Shown one piece after another: positions 1-10,876 of a stretch of 64,000 nt of DNA (position 1 is its first letter; every line of letters begins with the position of its first letter). The DNA is from Prasinococcaceae sp. CCMP 1430. Taxonomy: Eukaryota; Plantae; Prasinodermophyta. The notes beneath the pieces are model-generated. The model was given only the letters and a program-made list of their open reading frames with translations, searched no databases and had not been told where the DNA came from. The position numbers were made by a program, and so were the translations under genes. The stretch lies in the NCBI GenBank assembly GCA_013416795.1, contig RQSC01000520.1:11280-75279 (forward strand). Reading direction: 5' to 3'.

Positions 1-246
1 CCCGCGTGTCGCGCGGGGGCCAGACCGCGCGCGCCGCGCCCCAGGGCAGGCCGTGCGCGCAAGGGGGCGGACCGGACTGCTCTCGCGCGCGCGCTCGCGC
101 GCTCGTCCTCCGCCTCCTTCTTCCTCCCGCGTCGCGCGAACAGGTCGCGCGAGGGGGGGGGGGAAGGGGCGGCACACCGCGTGCGCGTTTGGGCGCCCTC
201 GGGCGAGCGGCGCGGCCAGTGGACGAGGGGGGGGGGGGAGAGAGTC

Positions 247-2092
247 ATGGACAACAAGCCGCCGCCTATGCAGGCGTCCGCGGGCTTCCCGGCCCCGCAG
301 TACATGATGCCGGGGCAGCCTGGCGCGATGCAGCAGCAGCAACAGTTTGCAATGGCGCAACAGCAAATGGTGCGTGCGCGAGTGTGCCGCGCCGCGGCGG
401 GGCGAGTCTCGCACTCCGTTCTGCGCCGTCGGGGCGCGAACATGGTGTGGGTGGGTGGAGTGGGGGGAGCCGGAGTGGGGGAGGATGGGGGGGGAGGAGA
501 GAGAGGAGAAGGGAGGTTGCGGGGGGGGTAGAGGCTCGGAAATGGAGGTTTGTGTCCCGGTACACGTCGCGCCCCCCCCGATTGCGTGCGCTGGCTGCCA
601 AGCTCGCCTTCTCGCGCTCCGCACCCACTCACGTGCGTGCACGAGCGACCCGGCGAGGGCCGTGGGCGCCCCCACGCCGGGAGAAGTGCTGCGCGGTGTG
701 CGCCAGAAAGCGGTGGGCGCGCGCCTTGTCGCATGCACGGGGCCTTTCCGTGCCAGCGCCGACGCTGCGCCCCCGGGCCGCGGTCGCGCACGCGGGCGGG
801 GGCGAGGAGGCCGCGAGGCTGCGCCCTTGCCCTTTGCGAGCAAACCAAGGCGATATCCTAGCAAATATCTGCGGAATTTTCGCGAGCGAAACGGTTATTT
901 TCGCGCGCGCGACGCAGCCGGCCGCGCACGGGGGGGGGGGGCGCCGTGACGCGCGCGCGCAGCGATGGGGATCCGCGGCGCCCACGCGTCTCGAATACAT
1001 TATCATCTGGCCCGCAGCGGCGTCATGGGAGAGGAGGCGCGCGCAGGGTGCCCTCGCCGCGCTCTTTCCCCCCGCGGGGTTTTTGTCGTCGCGCGCGCCC
1101 CCCAAAAAACGGTGCTGTGGGCGTTTCGTGAAAAATCCGCCGACGCCGCGGCTGCTCCGACGCCCTCTGCGCGAAACCTCTCTACCCCCGGTGGAGACAG
1201 CGCGCAGACCGCGCCTGCCGGCCTCCCTGAGACGGCACGGCACACCCGCGCCAAAACCTGAGCCCCAGCCTGTGCGCCTGCGCGTGCGCAGCTCGAGCTC
1301 ACAAAGGCGCCACGCGCGCCCTCGGACTTGGTGCGGTCATGCGCTGACGTCGACGCGTGCTTTCCCCTCCTGCCCCGGCGTGGATTGCGCGCGCCTCGTC
1401 GCCGGTGCTTGGCCTGCCCTGCCCGCGCGTTGCAGTACAACTGGCAGCAACAGCAGCAGCAGCAGCAGGCGACGCATCAGCCGCCGAACGAGAAGATGGC
1501 GCAGCTCCACCAGTTTTGGCAGGAGCAGATGCGGGCGATCGAGCAGGTGACCGACTTCAAGTCGCACTCGCTGCCGCTCGCACGCATCAAGAAGATCATG
1601 AAGTCTGACGAGGACGTGCGCATGATCTCCTCGGAGGCGCCAGCGCTCTTTGCTAAGGCGTGCGAGATGTTCATCCTGGAGCTCACGCTGCGGTCCTGGA
1701 ACAACGCCGAGGACAACAAGCGGCGCACACTGCAAAAGGACGACATTGCGGCCGCGCTCAACACCGTGGAGGTGTTTGACTTCCTCGTGGACGTGGTGCC
1801 ACAGGCGAACGACGTGGCGCAGGCGGCGGCAGCGGCGGCCCCTGGGGGTGGGGCGGCACCGGTGGATAACAGCGGGGCGGGCGGGGCTGGCATGCCGGCT
1901 ACCACCATGCCGCCCGCCAGCGTGGTGGGGCGCGGGGATGCCATGGGCGCTGGGCAGCAGTTCCCGATGCCTGGCTACGGAGGAATGATGGCGCAGCCGC
2001 CCATGCAAACGATGGACCCTGCCATGATGGCGCAGTTCCACTCCGCGGGCATGGCGCCTGGCATGCCAGGGCCGGGCGCGCCGGGGCCGTGA
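247..2092 (+). CDS. NF-YC: Nuclear transcription factor Y subunit C (histone-fold); join(247..369,1436..2092)
   Basis: Exon 2 encodes [58 protein letters not shown], the NF-YC histone fold. A Q/M-rich exon 1 joins in frame via GT at 370 and tgcAG at 1435. Confidence 0.93.
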
Positions 2093-2364
2093 GCTGAGCC
2101 GCTCGTGTCGCGGCGTGGCCTTTCTTCCAGGCGTGGAGGCTTGAGAGTGCATGCTCCTCTAGCTAAGCAAGCCTTTCGAGACTGCGGCGATGAGGGTCTG
2201 GGGTCTTCCTTCACAAACGCGCGAGCGCGACCTGAATGGACACGCGTCAGCGCCACGGCGCACCAGCGGCCACACGTTGAAAAAAAAAAACTCCATAGGA
2301 TATTATCACCGTCGCCGCGAAACCTCGCCTGAATCACGCCACGGCGCGCGAGCCGCGCGCACGT

Positions 2365-2895
2365 TCATGCCGAGCGCTCGCCGCCGCCGCCGCCCTGGAC
2401 ACCCTTGTGCGCGTTGTACCGACGCTCGACCTCCTCTGCCAGGGCCGCGCCTGTGGGCGTGCGCCACTTGCCACGCGTCGAGTTGAAGAAGCCGCTGAGG
2501 TCCATCCCCTGCGCCTGCTCGTACTCATTGGCCTGCACAATCATCTCGAGCTTGTCGAAGTCCTTGACGAGGTTGGCCTCCTTCGTCTCGCCAGCCTCGT
2601 ATTCATTCCACAGTGCCGCCACCTCGGCGGCCGCCGCGCCGCCACCTAGCATCTCTTTGATGCTCTCGAGCGCCTCGGCCTCGCGCCTGTGCTTCTCCTC
2701 GTCCGAGACGCCGCAGTGCGGCGTGATGTCACCCACGAGCGCTTCGGCCATGTCGTGCACGAGCGCCATCTTGATGCAGCGCGACGCGTCGGTGCCCTCG
2801 GCCCCAGCGAGCACGAGCGCAAGCGACGCCATGCGGAAGGAGTGGTCCGCGACTGACTCGGGCTCAGAGACCCCGCTGCGCACCCATCCGGTGCG
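2365..2895 (-). CDS. HDDC2: HD-domain protein 2 (5'-deoxynucleotidase HDDC2/YGK1-like); 5' exon not found
   Basis: RTGWVRSGVSEPESVADHSFRMA..CIKMALVHDMAEALVGDITP..VKDFDKLEMIVQANEYE. Acceptor cgcAG at 2897-2896. No matching upstream exon located. Confidence 0.88.
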   Translation of the reverse strand, partial: RTGWVRSGVSEPESVADHSFRMASLALVLAGAEGTDASRCIKMALVHDMAEALVGDITPHCGVSDEEKHRREAEALESIKEMLGGGAAAAEVAALWNEYEAGETKEANLVKDFDKLEMIVQANEYEQAQGMDLSGFFNSTRGKWRTPTGAALAEEVERRYNAHKGVQGGGGGERSA

Positions 2896-3275
2896 CTGCG
2901 AAGCGAGTGCGTGCAGGAGCGCCGGCGCGGGCGACCGCCTCTCGAGTCAGCGGCAGGCGCGGGCGCGCGTCTGCACGCTCGGGCGCGCGCACGCGCGCGG
3001 CTGCCGGGCGTCCCACACACGCGCGCCCACGCCGCCGCGCTCGCTGCCCTCGGATGCCTGCGCGCCGCGGCGGCGCGCCCGCGCCAGGTGTGCGCGCACG
3101 GGCATCGGTGTGGCGGCGGCCGCCCGCTGTGCGCGCCAGGTAGTCGGGCACTGCACCCGGGTGTGACCGCGGCGATTCCGCTGGTACAACCCGGTCAATC
3201 CCACCGAAACCTCGGGTCGATTCGATGTGGGACGCCCGTGAGATTGGGGTTCCCGCGCGGTGGGGCGCGCCAGTG

Positions 3276-4321
3276 ATGAGCGCTGCGCTGAGCGGAGCGA
3301 GTGCGAGCGCCGCGAGCGAGTGGCGGATTTCGGGCTCCGGAAAACGGCGCCTCGCCTCCATATGGATATCGTTTCGCAAGCGCCGGCGTGGGGCGGTGGC
3401 GCGGTTTTGTGCGCATTCGCTTCCGCGGCTCCTGTTTTGCGGCTGCGAACGAGCGGCGGCGGGCGCGCCAGGGGCGCGGCGCGGTGCCACACGCGGCGTG
3501 CGACGGCGGCGCGGCGCACGGCCGGGGCGCGCTGCGTGCACCGGCGCCGCGCCGCTCGACCTCGAGACTGCGCTCGCGGTGTTCGACGCGCGAGAGGGAA
3601 AGAAGGTGTGGTTCACCGCCGAGAAGGGCGGCTCTACCTCCGTCGTGGAGCAGCCAGGCTGGAGGCCGCTCGCAGACTACATGGCGCTGCCCGTGAGCCA
3701 GTACTCGGTGCTCGACGGTGCGACCATTGACCGCCTGTCGGAGGATACCTTCGAGCTCTCCATGGAGGCTCTCGAGTTCTTCAAGTTTAAGCTCAAGCCT
3801 ATCCTCACCGCGCAGGTGGTCACCAACGCCAAGGGGTGCTCCATACAGGTTCTCGACGTCACGCTACAGGGGCCGAAGCTCATTGAGGCTGCCAACGGCA
3901 CCTTCTTCATTGACAGCAGCAACGAGGTGAGCTGGCGACAGGCGGAGACGGGCAAGGAGATCACGTCGCAGGCGCACGTGCGCGTGGGCGTGGTGGTGCC
4001 GCGCTGGAACGTGCTGCCTCTGGGCCTGATCACGCGCACGGGCTCGGCGCTTATGGCGGCAACGCTCAACGTGGTAGTGCCGCGCTTTCTCAAGCAGCTC
4101 GCGAAGGACTACGAGGTGCGCTGCGCACGCGAGTCGCCCGCCCTGCCGGCGACCAGCACGCACCTGTCGCTTGCGCACGCACCTGTCGCTCGTGCTCGTC
4201 GGCGCTGACACGAGCGCCCGCGCGCGCGCGCGCGCAGGCATGGGGTGCCGGCGACGACTCCCGAGCAGCACAGTCAACGGGTGAGGGCGTGTCCGACGAG
4301 CCCATCACAGTCAAGAACTAA
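3276..4321 (+). CDS. DUF1997 family protein, probably plastid-targeted; join(3276?..4115,4238..4321)
   Basis: LADYMALPVSQYSVLDGATIDRL..LNVVVPRFLKQLAKDYE|AWG is typical of DUF1997. The GT-AG intron 4116..4237 restores the C-terminus. Start codon uncertain. Confidence 0.8.
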
Positions 4322-4989
4322 GCATCTCTCTCGCAAGCAAGGCGCGCGCGCGCGCGCCTCTTGTGCTCGGTGTGTGTTGCTACCACTTCTCACATCACCG
4401 CAGCGCCGTCGTCGCACGCGCACCGTTCCGCCTGTGCCGACACCGGTGGCTGCACCATTGTTCAGCTCGCGGCGTGATGCGAGCATGCGCCGCTCGCGGC
4501 GCGCTCGTGCAGGTGTAAATATGTACTTTTGCACACTGCGCAAGGGCGGCTCAGTCGCATGCTCGTCCCGCAGCGTCAGGCGCCTTGTCACCTCTCGACT
4601 CAGTTTCTGCCACAAGATATTACAGTCACAATTGGATACATGTCGGGTCGCGCTATCCGAAGAATGAATTGGAATTGCATGCAGTATAGAGGTGTCCGTG
4701 TGCGTCCCGCATATCTCAGCTGGACGGGAGCACCGGCAAACGCCTGGGGCGCGTGCGCGCTAGCGCAAATCACGCTTGTTGGAGGCCCTGGCCTCCGCCC
4801 AGGGTCGCCGCATATGGACGAGGAAAAGGAACCCGACGAGGGAACGAGGCCGCGCGCGCGCGCGCGCGCACGGCCGACGCCTGCCGCCGCCGCCGCCGCT
4901 CGCCGCCACCTCCGGTCGCCAAAGCCAAGTAGAATACACTCCGCGCGGTCCCCGCTGCCGCACGGTAAATCCCACGTGCACTTGCACGT

Positions 4990-6863
4990 CTAGTGTTTGT
5001 AGGCCTTCGCCGCCAACCCTGTATCCCACATGGCCTGCAGCACCTCCTTGTTCGCGGCCACGAAACCGATGTCGTGGTATTGCACACCGTGGCGGCGCGC
5101 GAATTTCTCCACCAGTGGCTTGACCATGCGCAGGTTGTGGCGCGGCAGCCGCGGGAAGAGGTGGTGCTCGATCTGGAACTGGAGCCCGCCGTGGACCCAG
5201 TCCATCCACGTGGGACAGGTGATGTTGAGAGTCCCCGAGAGCTGGTGCTCGAACCAGCCCGAGAAGTGCGTCGGCTTGCCACTGAAGATGGGGCGGCTCC
5301 AGTGCGAGAGCGCGATCTGGTCGTGCAGCAGTGCGCAGCACGCCGTGGCCACCAGCACGTACGTGGCGCGCAGGCCCGCAGTTGGCAGGAGCGACACCAC
5401 GCCGGCATACCACGACACGAAGAGGGCAATGCCAAGCCACTCAGTGAATTCCTGGTAGCGCGTCATGCTCTTGCGTTCCTTGATGAGGCGGACGAGCCCC
5501 TGCGCGTACAAGTTAAAGCGCGCGATGCACATGACCGGGTAGTACGTGAAGAATTGCGCCATGACCGCAAGCCTGGCGAAGCGGTCCAGGGCGAAAGTGC
5601 GGTTGTGGTACTGTGATGGGGAGCGCTTGTCAGCGCTGGCCCGCATGTGCGAACACGCCAGGGCATGCGAACGCAGAGGCGAGCGCAAACGCCCGCGGGG
5701 CTGCGAAGCGCGGGCACACACCTTGGAGAAGACATTGAAGATCTTCTCGCTGACGCACAGGAGCGGCAGGTGCTGGATGTCAGGGTCATGAGTCGCCGAG
5801 TTGCATACCACATGGTGCACGTTGTGCGTCGACTTCCACCACCCTATGGAGACGCCTGTGAGGATGTTGCCTACCAGGATGCCAAGATGGTAGTTCGACT
5901 TGGAACGGATGCCGCGCACCGAGTTGTGACCGACGTCGTGGCCCACAAACGCCACCTGCTGCCAGAAAGCGCCCAGCAGGGCGCCAGCGCCCACGACCGC
6001 CATCGTGCTGGCCGTTTCCGCGTTTCTGTTCCTGCACACCAGCGCGATGCTCGCGACGAGGATCGCAGCGCACTTTGCAAGCTCCAGCACGTAGAACGAT
6101 GCGCGCGTCTTGAACATCGAGGTAGCCTCCGTCTCTGCCACCAGCGCGCGCCATTCCTTTGCCACTGCCGGGAGCTGCTCGTTGTAGCCTGTGGCGAGCA
6201 CACGTGCGCCCGAGCGTCCGGTCGCGCACCAGACGCACACGTTGCACCAGATTTGGCATCAAGGCATCGTGTGGAAGGCGACGGTGTCAGCACAAGAGAG
6301 CAAGAGAGATTCTGCAGCTGCGCGTGCGTGCGCTCGGTGCATTGCAGCAAGCGCAGCTTTGCTCGCGCGTGCTCCGGCTCACCCTTGACGTGTGCGATTT
6401 TGAAGCGCTCGAGGCGCGGCCGCAGCACCGGCGGGTGCATGGCGACGAATGCCTCCGACGCGTCCACTCCCGCGAGAGCCAGGATCGCGCGATCGCCGCC
6501 GGGGTGCGAGTTAAGGAACTCAGTCACGTCGTAAACCTGGGAGAGGCGCACGCGAGCGCGAGCGAGTCAGCGCCCGCACACACTCGTCGGCAACGCCGAG
6601 CGCTCGCGCAAATTCAACGCGGGCTCGAATGCGAGCGTGCCCCGTGCACGCATTTCCCCCATCGCGCGCTCCTTCGCACTGACGGACTCACGCGCGCGCT
6701 CGCGCCATCACGCGTTCCCGCCCACCTTGCCATCGACGACCGTCCAGCAGCTCTCGACGCTTGCGTGTTTGGCGACCTCCGCCATGGTCACCTCCTTTTG
6801 ATTGACCGGTAGCGCATCGACGGCTGCACCCACCAACAGGTTGACCTGCTCGGGCGCGCACAT
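4990..6863 (-). CDS. Cytochrome-b5-fused front-end desaturase, sphingolipid delta-8 type; complement(join(4990..5610,5722..6188,6383..6536,6726..6863)), 459 aa
   Basis: Cyt-b5 HPGG motif, His boxes HDVGH, HNVHH and QIEHH, and the SLD-like segment [24 protein letters not shown]. Three canonical introns keep the frame. Confidence 0.88.
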
Positions 6864-7544
6864 CGCGGCACCCCGCGTGCCGTGCGCGGGCAGACGGCGG
6901 GGTCGAGTGGCGTGAGTTGCTTCTCTCACCGCCTTTTCTGGCGGGGGACGCGCGCGATCGACGCCCTGCGGGGGCCCGCGCTGTGTGGCGCGGGCGCCGC
7001 GCAGCCGCCGTGCGCCTCGAGGCCGCCCCGCTCGAATCGGCCGCGGCGCGCGCGGCGCGGCGCGCGGTCGGGGAACGCGCCCCATCAAAACCCATTCAGA
7101 GCCTCGCGCAAAAGCCAGCAGCCCCACAGCCGCCCGTTCGTTCTCCTTCCGCAGCTGCACCGGCTGAGATTCCAGCTCAGGAAAAGATCAGGCGCCGGCC
7201 ATCACCATCACCATCGCAAAGATGCTGTGTCACATCCCCGTTGTCCACACGGCGCCCGAACGGACGCCGCCGCGCACGTGCGTGGAGCGCTGGGATGGCG
7301 CCGTTGAGGCGCGCACACACGTGGATGGCCGCCACGGAACGCACACGCCCTGCCGCCGGGAGCCGCGGGAGCGCGGAATCCGATCCAAAACCGGTCTGCG
7401 TCATCGCGCGTGCGAGGAACCTTCCGGAAGCGTGGCGACGGACACTCGATCCGCTGCCTGCCGATGCATCCCTGCTGGACTCGATCGATCCAGGTCGATG
7501 AACTTCTTATCCCCGGTCAATCGCGACCTCCCAATGCTGCTTGA

Positions 7545-9410
7545 ATGCACGCACGGCAGACATCATCGGGTTCGCGACGGCTAGACCGGGTTCGCTGTCC
7601 ACGAGGGGGGAACGCTGAGAGTCCGTCGCCACCTGGCGCCGCCGCTGTGCGTGGCGCAGGGGGCGCCGCGCGGGCTGGGCCACACCGCGCGGCGGCGGCG
7701 CACTACGCCGGTGGCGGGCTCGTCGCCGGCGCGGGCGGGCGCATCGCCGACGCGAGCGGCCGCCTGCGGCTCTTCCGTGGCTTCAACGTCGTGGCGAAGC
7801 TACCGCCCTTTCTCCCCCGACGCGACGCGTTCGATCCCGCCTTCAGCCTGGTGGCCGAAGACATCGCCACGCTCGAATCGCTGGGGTCGAACGCGGTGCG
7901 CCTGCTCGTGTCGTGGCCTGGCGTCGAGCCGGCCCGGGGAAGCTACAATGACACCTACCTCGACGAGCTCGAGGCAATCGTGAACGACCTCGGCGCGGCG
8001 GGCGTGCACACGCTCTTGGACTTCCACCAAGATGTCTACAGCCCTTTTTTCTGTGGCAACGGATTTCCTGACTGGGCCACGCATGTGGCGGGCTACAAGC
8101 CCCTCCCCAACGCCTCAGAGGACCAATACGGAGCCGCTCCATTCCCCAAACCCGTGCGCGGCCAGGCGCTGCCCCGCGACGCTCACACGGGCTACGTGCC
8201 GCATAAGGCCTGCGCGGCGACGGCGCCCTTCCCCGAGTACTACCTCGCGGAGGCAACGGGCGTAGCCTTTCAGGCGCTGTACGACAACGTCGGGGGCATC
8301 CGCGCCTCGCTGGGCGCCTTCTGGGCGCGCGTCGCCGCGCGCTTCGCGGGCAACCCGCATGTGCTCGGCTACGACCTCATCAATGAGCCATGGAGCGGCG
8401 ACATCTACCGAAAGCCGGTGAAGCTTGAAGGCTCAAAGGTGGACCGCGAGGTTCTGCTGCCCCTGTACGACGAGCTCTCGGCCGCCATCCGCGCGCACGA
8501 CAATGACAGCCTCATCTTCTTCGAGCCGGCCGTCATCACATCGGCGATACCCCTGCGGCGCCTCGCCGAGGAAGTGGGCTTCGACAGACCGCCGAAGAGC
8601 AGCGAGGGCAAGGCGGTGCTGAGCTACCACACGTACTGCCCGCTGGGGGGCATCGTCGGGGAGATTGCGGGGGAGATGGTGTGCAGTGAGTTCTTCGACA
8701 ATGTTTTTGGCAACCACCTGCCGACAGCGATGGAGACGGCGGGTGTGCCCGCCTTCCTGACAGAGTTTGGCGCCGTGGTCACCGGCGAGGGGTTCGATGC
8801 GTGGACGTTGAATGAGGTCGCGCGCAGGGCGGATGATCTCTTCCTTTCGGCGACCTACTGGGCCTTTAAGGAGCTCGGAGACCCTACAACGCAGTCGGAG
8901 GACAAGCAGGGTGTGCCTCACGAGGGCATTTGGAACACCACCACGGGCGAGCTCGACGCTGGCAAAGCCACGCTGCTCGCACGCACGTACGCGGCGGCGG
9001 TCGCCGGCAAGGACATCACGCTGCACACCTACGATCCGCAGACGAAGGAGTTTGCGCTCGTATACACGCATACGAAAGAGCTCGCTACAGAGGCCACGCC
9101 GACTGAGATTCGGTGGTCGACTTACGTGTGCCCGGACGGCGTGAGTGCCCACGCGGTGCCAAGCGCCGCGACGCGCGTGGATGCCAAGAGCATACCTGGC
9201 ACGGTGCTGGTGTGGCTCAACGCTTCCGAGGACACTCAAGTGATGGTAACCGTCCGAAGGCGCGAAGGCGGCGAGCGTGGGCGCGCTCCGGGGGTCGCGG
9301 ACAGGCGAGGTGGTGCCTCCGCAGCGGACGGTGGTCGCCGCTTGGACCCGCCGTGGTCCGCTCTCGACCGTCCCGGCTCCTCGGGAGTGCGCGATCTCGC
9401 TGCGGTGTAG
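7545..9410 (+). CDS. Glycoside hydrolase family 5, endoglycoceramidase-like; start uncertain
   Basis: GRLRLFRGFNV, NAVRLLVSWPGVEP, LLDFHQD, acid/base motif GYDLINEP and nucleophile motif FLTEFG, followed by a C-terminal beta-sandwich-like region. TGTAA at about 9421. Confidence 0.85.
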   Translation: MHARQTSSGSRRLDRVRCPRGGNAESPSPPGAAAVRGAGGAARAGPHRAAAAHYAGGGLVAGAGGRIADASGRLRLFRGFNVVAKLPPFLPRRDAFDPAFSLVAEDIATLESLGSNAVRLLVSWPGVEPARGSYNDTYLDELEAIVNDLGAAGVHTLLDFHQDVYSPFFCGNGFPDWATHVAGYKPLPNASEDQYGAAPFPKPVRGQALPRDAHTGYVPHKACAATAPFPEYYLAEATGVAFQALYDNVGGIRASLGAFWARVAARFAGNPHVLGYDLINEPWSGDIYRKPVKLEGSKVDREVLLPLYDELSAAIRAHDNDSLIFFEPAVITSAIPLRRLAEEVGFDRPPKSSEGKAVLSYHTYCPLGGIVGEIAGEMVCSEFFDNVFGNHLPTAMETAGVPAFLTEFGAVVTGEGFDAWTLNEVARRADDLFLSATYWAFKELGDPTTQSEDKQGVPHEGIWNTTTGELDAGKATLLARTYAAAVAGKDITLHTYDPQTKEFALVYTHTKELATEATPTEIRWSTYVCPDGVSAHAVPSAATRVDAKSIPGTVLVWLNASEDTQVMVTVRRREGGERGRAPGVADRRGGASAADGGRRLDPPWSALDRPGSSGVRDLAAV

Positions 9411-9680
9411 ACCAGTACATTGTAAACTAACTATGTAGCCAGAGAGCGGACGCTGTGGTGGGCGCGCGCGCGCGGTGGCCCCAGCTCCACATACACGAGC
9501 GCACCACTGCCACCCCCGACGCGTGCGAGCGCACCACCCCACCGCCCCACGCGCAGCGCGAGTGCACTTCGCATTGATCTAATTAACAGTATTACGTGTT
9601 GCGTGCAGGATAGACTTGCATGCTGTACCTGGGCATATACAGGACCCGGCGTGCCCCGCGTCGGGCCCGTGTCGGCGTCC

Positions 9681-10876
9681 TCACAGCGTGCGCACGCGAC
9701 GCAGGCGCGGCGGCGGAGGACGAGCAGAAGGATCGACGCCCTTGCGCAAGCGCTCAATCTCCTCCTTGAGCACGTCGATCTGCTGCTCGAGCTCCGCTGT
9801 GTACGTCTGGCGGCGCTGCCGAGAGCGCGCAGCGCTCTCGCGATTCGCCACCATGCGCTTGAATTTGCGCGCCGCGTTGGGGTCGTCGGGCTCCTTCTCC
9901 GGCAGCCGCCGTTTACGACCGCGGCCGGGCCCGGGCCCGAGGAGGTCGCCCTCGACCTCCTTCTTGCCGCGTTTCATCTTGCGCGGCTTGCTCGTGCTGC
10001 CGCCGCGGCTCTGCGACCCGTTGCCTCCCTTGCTGGTTCGGCTGCGGGTGTTACCGGTGCCCTGCGATCCCGTCGCCGTGCTCGTCGGCGAGGTCGCGCG
10101 CGCCTTCGCGCTGGCGCCCGATTTGCTTCCAGAGAGCCGCCCCGACCCGCCTGCGGCTCGCTCGAGCTTCGGCGGTGCGCCCTTTTTTGTCACCGGCGCC
10201 CCGCCGGGCAAGTCCTCGTCGTGCGTGACGCCGGCACGCGTCAGGAAGTCCTCGAGCGTCAGCGAGGGCTGGACTTTTGCCGCGTTGCTCACCTGGCGGC
10301 GCTTGAGAGGGCTGGCAGGGTTCGCCTTGGCTTGTATCTCGTTCCAAACGTCCTCGACGGTTCGGTCGCGCATCTCCTCCGGCACCGTCGTGTGTGTCGC
10401 CGCAACCGCCCCCGGAGCCAGCGCTGCAGAGCTCCCCGCGGCAGGAGCGGCGGCCACCACGGCGGCAGCGGATGCGGCCACTCCCTTCTTCGCACCCGCG
10501 AAGAAGGAATGGTCCGCGCCGCCGCCTGCACCGCCCGCGAGCGCATCCCCGGCGCCGGCTTCGCCCGAGTTGAACAGGTTGTTCACGAGCTCCTGCACCA
10601 GCGCGTGGCGGAGCGCGCATGCGCGCACCAGAGAGAGAGCGCGCGTGCCAGGCGTCAGCGGTTGCAGCGCGCGCGCGCGCATCCGCGCGCGAGGCGGTGG
10701 GGACCACTCGGCCCTCTCTCGCGCTCGAGCCCCGGCGCGCGCACCTGCATGTTGAGCGAGCCGAACTGGGCGGGCTCGAGGCCGCACGCCTCGGTAAACT
10801 CGGTCGAGCCCATGGGCAGGCCCAGCAAGTCATCCTTGTTTTCCCCGAGCGACGGCCACCGCTGCAGCGCCGGCAT
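9681..10876 (-). CDS. Group-A (ABI5/ABF/AREB-like) bZIP transcription factor; complement(join(9681..10592,10745..10876))
   Basis: Basic zipper RKFKRMVANRESAARSRQRRQTYTAELE. Group-A boxes LQRWPS..FGSLNMQELVNNLF, RTVEDVWNEI and TLEDFLTRAGV, plus C-terminal LRRVRT. Confidence 0.87.

Noticed and set aside
9603-10874. N-terminal ~420 aa of the 913-aa plus-strand ORF
   Set aside because: It is the antisense shadow of the bZIP gene, stop-free because of high GC.
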